From Oligoflexus sp. (lineage in GTDB: Bacteria; Bdellovibrionota_B; Oligoflexia; Oligoflexales; Oligoflexaceae), in NCBI GenBank assembly GCA_041736305.1, contig JBGSTX010000357.1, positions 1 to 24,054 on the forward strand: a stretch of 24,054 nt of DNA. Direction: 5' to 3'. This document shows, piece by piece, positions 18,047-24,054 of this stretch. The stretch's first letter is position 1. Each line of letters opens with the position of its first letter. The notes beneath the pieces were generated by a model that saw only the letters and a program-made list of their open reading frames with translations, did not search any database and was not told where the DNA came from. Both the position numbers and the translations under genes were made by a program.

Positions 18047-19810
18047 ATGTTTCGCATCGTCATAATTCTTTGCCTTTGGGCTGTAACCCCTTCGTCGCTC
18101 GCGCAGAGTGTGCCGCCTCCGCCACGTCCATCGACCCCAACGCAAGGGCCGGACGGAAGGATAGAAATTCCCGAAACTGGCTTCAGCATGCTGCCGCCAC
18201 CGAATTGGGAAATCCTTCGCAACAGTCACGGGTCGACTCTTCTCTTCCGTGGTCCAAAGGAAGGGGGCGATATCAAGTACCAGTCCACGGTACAGGTGAT
18301 GGTATTCCAGGGCTATCGCTATATCGACGAAGTCACCCAGCAGGAATTTGGCAAGCTGATTGTCGAAAAGTTCGGTGGTGCTTCCAATCAGGTGCAGGAC
18401 TATCGGCTCCGCAGTGCTGAGCAGATTAAGCTTGAAACCGGGGATGAATCGATACTTTTTTACACAGAGTTCACCTTCAACTCGATACCCATTATGCAGA
18501 TGCACATTCTGGTGTCTTCGGCTACTCACCATTTTCTGATGACCTATACTGATCTTGCCAGTTCATTCGAAGAAGACAACAGTAAGGGCTTGATGACGGC
18601 CTATACTTCAATGCATTCGGCGGTTCTAAGCAGCCATCCGCCTTCACGCTATAACTTCATGATTTTAGGCGGCGCCAGTGTCGGAGCCTTGCTCCTCATT
18701 TGGTTTGGTTTTCGTTTTTTCCGAAACTATCAGATGGCTCGACTGGGTGAGCGGATAGAGGAGGAAGAAAATCGCGAAATCCAATCGGATCAGGAAACGG
18801 AATATTACAGCCGTCACACCCCGCTTTCCGAAGCCAATGCTATAGAAGATGATGAGGACGATGTATCGCCGCGTCGCAAGAAGGCCAAAGAAAAGCCTGC
18901 GAAAAAGGTTTCTATGGCTCCGCCGCGCCGGACCGAAGAAGTAGATGACGAAGATCGTGAGCAAGACGGCCGCCAGATGACTGACAGTCATGTCCACTCG
19001 GAGCTCGAACCTTTGAGTGATATGAAGAGCCATATGGCCTCTGAGATAAGCCACATCTTCCCGGAACCAATGGTCTTGACGCCTCACAACGCTGATGCCG
19101 AACGCCGGCAATTGGCGAGTACGGTTCCTCCGATTTTTCCTCCAGAGCATCAATCCTCGTTTGCTCCGCCACCGGTAGTGCCAAATTGGAAGCACGGTGA
19201 GGAGTCGACTCGCGCGACGCAACCGCCCCTCCCACCACCGGGTCCTTCTCTATCGAAGACGGTACCACCCATGGTTGCGGAAGCGACTCGTGTAACAGTG
19301 CCTCCAAGCGTTCCACAGAATCTTCGGAAGACTGTTCCCCCTATGAATCCGCTTGATCTTGAAATTCCAACTCAGCATTCAGAGGTCGCTAAACTCTCAG
19401 ACATTCTTCCGCAGGACGGCACCGAAGACGGTAAAAAGGGCAAGAAGAAGGGATTTTGGAGCAAGAAAAAGGACAGGGACGAAGATGAGTCGGAGCAGAT
19501 GGAAGATGACGAGGTCGCTCCGGTTTCCTCAGTATGGGCAGTAGAAGGCGATAATCAAGCTCCGAGCGAGGACTTTGATGTTCAAGAGCCAAAGCCCAAG
19601 GGCCGGTCCAAAAAGCCAGCTACCCAGGTGGCGAAAGAAGAAGTTGCCGTGAAAGAAAAGGCGAAGGCTAAGGATAAGAAAAAGGCCAAGAAGGAAGAGC
19701 AGCCCGAATCGATTCATGCTGAGGAAGATGCAGGGGAAGCAGACGGCTGGAATTTAGCTGAGGAAGGCCAACCAGCGAAGAATCTAGATGATGATGAGGA
19801 AGTCAGCTAA
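18047..19810 (+). CDS. single-pass membrane protein: signal peptide, exported domain (PsbP/DcrB-like by eye), TM helix, long low-complexity tail
   Basis: Signal MFRIVIILCLWAVTPSSLA, GFSMLPPPNWE, TM FMILGGASVGALLLIWFGF, then ~360 aa of E/D-, K- and P-rich sequence. AAGGGGGG RBS, 14 nt after the upstream stop. Confidence 0.75.
   Translation: MFRIVIILCLWAVTPSSLAQSVPPPPRPSTPTQGPDGRIEIPETGFSMLPPPNWEILRNSHGSTLLFRGPKEGGDIKYQSTVQVMVFQGYRYIDEVTQQEFGKLIVEKFGGASNQVQDYRLRSAEQIKLETGDESILFYTEFTFNSIPIMQMHILVSSATHHFLMTYTDLASSFEEDNSKGLMTAYTSMHSAVLSSHPPSRYNFMILGGASVGALLLIWFGFRFFRNYQMARLGERIEEEENREIQSDQETEYYSRHTPLSEANAIEDDEDDVSPRRKKAKEKPAKKVSMAPPRRTEEVDDEDREQDGRQMTDSHVHSELEPLSDMKSHMASEISHIFPEPMVLTPHNADAERRQLASTVPPIFPPEHQSSFAPPPVVPNWKHGEESTRATQPPLPPPGPSLSKTVPPMVAEATRVTVPPSVPQNLRKTVPPMNPLDLEIPTQHSEVAKLSDILPQDGTEDGKKGKKKGFWSKKKDRDEDESEQMEDDEVAPVSSVWAVEGDNQAPSEDFDVQEPKPKGRSKKPATQVAKEEVAVKEKAKAKDKKKAKKEEQPESIHAEEDAGEADGWNLAEEGQPAKNLDDDEEVS
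19121..19342 (+). repeat. protein-level TVPP repeats
   Basis: TVPP encoded at 19121, 19259, 19295 and 19331 (last three exactly 36 nt apart), TQPP at 19217. Codons differ between copies. Confidence 0.75.
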
Positions 19811-19844
19811 GTTATTTCGAAGACTGCTAGAAAAAGAAAAATTT

Positions 19845-19875
19845 AGGGGCCGCCTCGGGTGAAGAGGCGGCTCTT
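19845..19875. terminator. stem-loop, probable (bidirectional) terminator
   Basis: GGGCCGCCTC-GGGTGAA-GAGGCGGCTC stem with an A-rich tract upstream and T-rich sequence downstream. Confidence 0.65.
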
Positions 19876-19940
19876 GCTATTTGCCAATTTCTTTCCTATT
19901 GTGCCTCCGCCAGAGATGTAGCGCGCGAGGAGTTTGTAAT

Positions 19941-21002
19941 ATGTTCACCGCCATGAATTTCACAGGTGATAGCCTACGCTTGATCGATCAGCGTCGATTG
20001 CCGCACGAGGAAATCTGGATTGAAGGCCAGGACCTCGAAACTGTGGCTCAGGCCATAGAAAATATGACTGTGCGTGGTGCGCCTGCGATTGCAACAGCTG
20101 CTCTTTATGCTTTGGTTTTAGACGCCAAAAATGCCAGTTTCCGCACTTGGGCGGATTACCGGGCTAGATTCTTCCAAGGTTGTCAGCGCCTTCAGGCGAC
20201 CCGCCCCACGGCTGTGAATCTCTTCAATGCTTTAAATGCGGTTCGTCAAGCGGCAGACACCTGGTCATCTGAGCTGCCAAAGGCTGAGCTTTTGCCTCTT
20301 ATCACGGCGGCGGCTCAGGCCTTGGAAAAGAGCGATCTTGAGACCTGTCGAGCCATAGGCGAGCACGGGGCAAGTTTGGCCAGCTCTGCGGGCTCAATGA
20401 GGGTCCTCACGCACTGCAACACCGGCTCTTTGGCGACGGCGGGTTATGGAACAGCTTTGGGGGTGATTCGTTCGCTCTACACGCAGGGTAAGCTCGAGCA
20501 TGTTTATGTCGACGAGACGAGGCCATATCTCCAGGGATCTCGTTTGACTGCCTTTGAGTTGCAGTCGGAGGGTATTCCTTACAGTATCCAGACTGACTCA
20601 GCCGCGGCTTATTTGATGCGTTACGAGCGGGTGGATATGGTTGTGGTGGGGGCGGATCGTATTGCTGCGAATGGTGATACGGCGAATAAGGTGGGGACTT
20701 ATTCTTTGGCGATAGTTGCTCAGTATCACGGTGTGCCTTTTTATGTCGCAGCGCCACGTAGTACCTTTGATCCGTTGATTCCTGATGGTCGTTCGATACC
20801 GATTGAGATGCGTCCTCCTCAGGAGATTACGGAGCATGGTGGTCATCCGATTGCTCCGCGTCAGGCTCAGGCGAAGAATCCTTCTTTCGATGTGACGCCG
20901 GCGTCATTAATAAGCGGTTTAATAACGGAGTATGGAATTATAAGGGCTCCTTTCGGGGAGGGCATTCAGGAGCTTTTGAGAAAGGGATGTCAGAGGAGTT
21001 GA
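19941..21002 (+). CDS. mtnA: S-methyl-5-thioribose-1-phosphate isomerase
   Basis: IDQRRLP, VRGAPAI, RPTAVNL, LTHCNTGSLAT, DETRPYLQGSRLT, GADRIAANGDTANKVGTY and NPSFDVTP motifs. GAGGAG RBS before ATG 19941. Confidence 0.97.
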   Translation: MFTAMNFTGDSLRLIDQRRLPHEEIWIEGQDLETVAQAIENMTVRGAPAIATAALYALVLDAKNASFRTWADYRARFFQGCQRLQATRPTAVNLFNALNAVRQAADTWSSELPKAELLPLITAAAQALEKSDLETCRAIGEHGASLASSAGSMRVLTHCNTGSLATAGYGTALGVIRSLYTQGKLEHVYVDETRPYLQGSRLTAFELQSEGIPYSIQTDSAAAYLMRYERVDMVVVGADRIAANGDTANKVGTYSLAIVAQYHGVPFYVAAPRSTFDPLIPDGRSIPIEMRPPQEITEHGGHPIAPRQAQAKNPSFDVTPASLISGLITEYGIIRAPFGEGIQELLRKGCQRS

Positions 21003-21027
21003 CAGCGCAAATTATTTTTGCGATAAG
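20999..21027 (+). promoter_or_regulatory. putative sigma70 promoter of tRNA-Val
   Basis: Perfect TTGACA overlapping the mtnA stop, N17, then GATAAG preceded by TGn, 12 nt before the tRNA. Confidence 0.55.
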
Positions 21028-21039
21028 CATTGCACTCGT

Positions 21040-21116
21040 GGGGGTTTAGCTCAGTTGGTTAGAGCATTAGCCTTACAAGCTAAGGGTCGCGAGTTCGAAT
21101 CTCTCAACCCCCACCA
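21040..21116 (+). tRNA. tRNA-Val (anticodon TAC)
   Basis: Cloverleaf: GGGGGTT/AACCCCC acceptor, GCTC/GAGC D-stem, TTAGC-CT TAC AA-GCTAA anticodon arm, TTCGAAT T-loop, discriminator A and encoded CCA. Confidence 0.97.
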
Positions 21117-21237
21117 GATTTTTTCCCAAAAAAAATCCCTCCATTATCTCTCAGCTATCAACAAAAGCTTTAAGCCACTAAATGTCGAATACCAAAGTAG
21201 CCCAATTGGAGCGAACTCTCACAAAGTGGAGATGCCA

Positions 21238-21435
21238 GTGCCTTCTGTTTTAACTCAAGCCAAGAGACACGTGCGTATCACGAGAAACCTCAAGCTGAGT
21301 GCAACGCGCAAACTATTCATCATGCTTTCGATAGTAGGTTTGGTTCTCTACACGATGTTTTTCTCCACAATGCCGGCTGTTCATGATTATTTCCACGAGC
21401 TCAGGCACGGTCTCATGATGATACCTTGTCACTAA
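21238..21435 (+). CDS. cbtB: CbtB-like small membrane protein (putative cobalt/metal transporter subunit)
   Basis: One TM helix followed by VHDYFHELRHGLMMIPCH-stop, matching the CbtB H-x3-H-[DE]-x-R-H-x5-P-C-H C-terminus. GGAG lies 6 nt before GTG 21238 (ATG 21232 alternative). The longer ORF overlaps the tRNA. Confidence 0.75.
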   Translation: MPSVLTQAKRHVRITRNLKLSATRKLFIMLSIVGLVLYTMFFSTMPAVHDYFHELRHGLMMIPCH

Positions 21436-21448
21436 AAAGGGACCGCTT

Positions 21449-22495
21449 GTGCGCAGTTTAGCAATATTCCTCATCACGCTCACGAGTCTACTAGGCGCGA
21501 GTATCAGTTTTTCTGCCCCAATTATAAGTTTCCATAGCGAGCAGGACCTAACAAACGTCCGGCCACGTCACGACAAAGTAAGCATCTCGCTTGACCTCCC
21601 CAAAAGCAATAAAGCAGGCATTAAAAGTTTAAGGGTAAAGCTGCTAGCCCCTCCCAGTCAGATTTTCTTTTCCACGGACTTTCCAGCGGTAGAGGGAAGC
21701 ACCCTCTTTGACTCAGTAATTTCTTTCGAAGAGGGATCCTTCAAGTTTTCGTTTGTGCCGCCGATCCGGGGTGAATATCGTCTTGAGGTGATTCCGGTAC
21801 CAGTGAATCAAGGCTCTTTGCAAAAAGAGGAGTGGCGCTTCAAGATACAGGAGGACCCCAGCAGGGTGACGAACCTAGGCTTCTTCCTCCTGATTCTCGG
21901 ACTCGTATGTGGTCTGAGTGCTTACGTGATTGGTGCGGCTGAGGGGAAAAAGGCGAATCTTCTAGCTCAAGCGTCGGTCTTAGTTTTCCTCATATTAGCG
22001 TCACCGCTTATAGCGCATGAGCAACATAGTCCCCACAAGATCTCCAAAGAGAATATGCAAGCAGAAGGCAGCGATGGTCTCAAGCTCGACCTCCGCCTCT
22101 CAAGCGAGCAGCCTCGAGTAGGCGAGACGGCTGAACTGAGGGGTACCCTTCTCGATGCCAACAATCAGCTTATCCCGGCCCGCTTCCATCTGACTTTCAT
22201 GCAGATGGAGCACGACTTAGAGGTGTTCTCGACGGACCTTCTCAGTAGCGAAGGTCAATTCAGCTGGAACGGACAGTTTGTCGATGGTTCTCCCCATCGG
22301 GTTGAGGTAGAAGCCTTCCCGACTAACGAAAAATTAAAGCCTATAAAGGCTTCATTTGAGGTTGGGGTTCAAGCCGTGCCACCTCCACTTGCTGCAACGG
22401 GAAAATCTTTCTCCTCCCTTATGCTTTTTGCGGCATTGGCGATGCTTTCAGGATTTTTTTTAGGTCATTACAAGCAGAGTAGAATCAAAGTTTGA
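21449..22495 (+). CDS. uncharacterised membrane protein with two exported beta-rich domains and His/Met motifs
   Basis: Signal-like N-terminus, two central hydrophobic helices, AHEQHSPH, MQMEHD, DGSPH and a C-terminal TM. AAGGGA RBS, 13 nt after the cbtB-like stop. Confidence 0.75.
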   Translation: MRSLAIFLITLTSLLGASISFSAPIISFHSEQDLTNVRPRHDKVSISLDLPKSNKAGIKSLRVKLLAPPSQIFFSTDFPAVEGSTLFDSVISFEEGSFKFSFVPPIRGEYRLEVIPVPVNQGSLQKEEWRFKIQEDPSRVTNLGFFLLILGLVCGLSAYVIGAAEGKKANLLAQASVLVFLILASPLIAHEQHSPHKISKENMQAEGSDGLKLDLRLSSEQPRVGETAELRGTLLDANNQLIPARFHLTFMQMEHDLEVFSTDLLSSEGQFSWNGQFVDGSPHRVEVEAFPTNEKLKPIKASFEVGVQAVPPPLAATGKSFSSLMLFAALAMLSGFFLGHYKQSRIKV

Positions 22496-23718
22496 GCCAA
22501 GAACCTTTTACAGAATCCCTCACGATTCCTCCAAGTCTTATCGACCAGATTATTGGGCAAGACAAGGCTGTGGGTATCGCTCGCATAGCTGCCCGGCAAC
22601 GCAGATTCATGTTTTTGGTCGGGGAGCCCGGCACAGGCAAGAGTCTCATCGGTCGAGCTTTTGCTGAACTCCTCCCAGCGCCTTCCGAATTCGTTGTGTC
22701 TTCAGTACCAAATCCTCTGAATCCAGTACGTCCTCTCATTCGTTGTGAAAGCAAAGAGGATTTTTGCAAGCGGCAAGAACGTCTTGCACAAAGCCAGAAA
22801 GCCGAGAGCTTATCAAACGCGTACTTGATCTACTTCGCGCTGGTATCAGGAGCGTTTATAGCCCTATGGCTGAGCTTTCGAGATCGAACGCTGGCCTATC
22901 TCCCCTTCTTTCTCTTAGCGGGTCTCTTCCTCTGGCAATGGCGTCGCTATTCGAAAACAAAGAAGATGAACCAAATAGCTCCAAAGATCTTACATATGGT
23001 TGAGGATCAGAGTCCATTTATTGATGCGACCGGATGCAGCGATGGAGCTCTTTTTGGGGACATACGGCATGACCCCTTTCAATCCGGAGGCTCGGAAACG
23101 GCTCCTCACCTCCTCGTTGAAGCGGGAGCTATCCACAAGGCTCATCGAGGGGTACTTTTTATTGACGAAATAGGCCAGCTAAGCCAGCGCTCGCAGAAGC
23201 TTCTTCTGAGTGCGATTCAGGACAAAAGCCTGCCTATAACAGGGCGCCAAAGCGGATCAAGTGGGCGAATGGTTTGCACCGAAGCTGTTCCTTGCGACTT
23301 CGTGCTCATTGCTTCCGGCAACATTGATGACCTATCCAAGCTTTCACCTGCATTGCGTTCTCGATTCATGGGATTCGGTTACGAAGTTCTGATGAAAAGC
23401 GAGATTCCAGATACCGTAGACAATCGAGAGGCTTTACTGCGATTCATAGCACAGGAAGTGCTCAAGGATGGGCGAATTCCCCACTTTTCCAGGTGCGCTG
23501 CAGATGAAGTTATTGCGGAAGCGAGCCGCCGTGCAAAGCGTGAAGGATACCTTACAGCCCGTTTGCGAGAGCTAGGGGGACTTGTAAGGATTGCTGGAGA
23601 TCTAGCTGTGCACGCAGCAAAACCATTAGTAAGCAAGGAATTCGTCCTTGAGGCCTTGCGCTACACCGCTAGTATAGAAGAGCAGCAAAAACAAGAAAAC
23701 CAAAACACAATGTCCTGA
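22492..23718 (+). CDS. archaeal-type LonB AAA+ ATPase with two TM helices, lacking the protease domain
   Basis: IPPSLIDQIIGQ, Walker A GEPGTGKS, PNP, two TM helices, PFIDATG, GDIRHDPFQSGG, EAGAIHKAHRGVLFIDEI (Walker B), VPCDF, ALRSRF, QEVLKDGRIPHF and RLRELGGLVR. Ends shortly after SIEEQ. TTGA overlap with the upstream gene. Confidence 0.88.
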   Translation: MSQEPFTESLTIPPSLIDQIIGQDKAVGIARIAARQRRFMFLVGEPGTGKSLIGRAFAELLPAPSEFVVSSVPNPLNPVRPLIRCESKEDFCKRQERLAQSQKAESLSNAYLIYFALVSGAFIALWLSFRDRTLAYLPFFLLAGLFLWQWRRYSKTKKMNQIAPKILHMVEDQSPFIDATGCSDGALFGDIRHDPFQSGGSETAPHLLVEAGAIHKAHRGVLFIDEIGQLSQRSQKLLLSAIQDKSLPITGRQSGSSGRMVCTEAVPCDFVLIASGNIDDLSKLSPALRSRFMGFGYEVLMKSEIPDTVDNREALLRFIAQEVLKDGRIPHFSRCAADEVIAEASRRAKREGYLTARLRELGGLVRIAGDLAVHAAKPLVSKEFVLEALRYTASIEEQQKQENQNTMS

Positions 23719-23747
23719 ACCTTTTAAAGCAGATCTTTTTAATCAGT

Positions 23748-24053
23748 TTAAGGTTCTCCTAGCACCGGGAGTATCCAACCCGCAGCCGCTGCCTCTCGAA
23801 AGAATGAGGCGCTCTCGCTGCTAGTTAGATCCACATACTGATTGACGATTGCTCCATTGCTTTCAGGGGCCCCGACTGAAGTAATTCCAGCCAGAGTCCC
23901 TGAGCTCAAAAGCAGGGCTCCGCCCGAGTCACCAGGAGCAGCAGCTGCGTCACCAGAATTAGGCGAGTAAAATAGCTGTAGCGTACCGGCGCTTATCTGC
24001 TGAATCTTAGCCCGACCTAGGCGTTTGAGCCCTATACCGGCACCTGGAGTAGT
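23748..24053 (-). CDS. trypsin-like (S1) serine protease, C-terminal part (5' partial, not in the ORF track)
   Basis: Manual minus-strand translation ...GIGLKRLG...AAAPGDSGGALLLSSGTLAGITSVG...YVDLTS...GEP*. GDSGG catalytic Ser motif, TAA at 23750-23748. Confidence 0.8.
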   Translation of the reverse strand, partial: TTPGAGIGLKRLGRAKIQQISAGTLQLFYSPNSGDAAAAPGDSGGALLLSSGTLAGITSVGAPESNGAIVNQYVDLTSSESASFFREAAAAGWILPVLGEP

Positions 24054-24054
24054 C

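Noticed and set aside
21117-21237. Cobalamin riboswitch upstream of the cbtB-like gene
   Set aside because: Only ~120 nt, G-poor, with no GGGAA core or B12-box. GCCACTA alone is insufficient.
21055-21237. N-terminal extension of the 126-aa ORF
   Set aside because: Overlaps the tRNA gene. The RBS supports a start at 21232/21238.
23748-24053. GDSGG protease next to the protease-less LonB as its missing proteolytic half
   Set aside because: It is on the opposite strand and is an S1 trypsin-type motif, not the Lon Ser-Lys domain (GDSA/GPSA). No evidence of linkage.
21040-24054. tRNA-integrated mobile element
   Set aside because: No integrase, transposase or duplicated tRNA 3' end within the window. 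Island status remains possible but unsupported.
1-24054. CRISPR array, retron/RT, nuclease-based defence genes, c-di-GMP riboswitch, dif site
   Set aside because: No periodic DNA repeats or diagnostic motifs were found on reading either strand.

Overview
Bacterial chromosomal window of roughly 50% GC. Gene style suggests Bdellovibrionota/Oligoflexia, but this is an unverified inference. From left to right it holds a partial c-type cytochrome and a PilZ protein behind a sigma28-like promoter. Next is an RNA-metabolism block: TrmH/SpoU methyltransferase, metG, hrpB, RluA/D pseudouridine synthase, a ligase-less Pnkp-like protein whose kinase looks dead, and an Rsm22/METTL17-like methyltransferase. 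It is followed by lipA, an LpxL-type acyltransferase and an ICMT-like membrane protein. A block of uncharacterised genes comes next (TPR protein, small 4-Cys protein, TPR plus EVE-like protein, membrane protein with a long disordered repeat tail), with sigma28-like promoters before the two TPR genes. Then come mtnA and tRNA-Val(TAC). The best candidate for an undescribed system is the tightly coupled three-gene cassette right after the tRNA: a CbtB-like His/Cys peptide, a two-module His-bearing membrane protein, and an archaeal-type membrane-anchored LonB AAA+ ATPase with no protease domain. A partial trypsin-like protease, absent from the ORF track, ends the window on the minus strand. No CRISPR array, integrase or transposase was seen.
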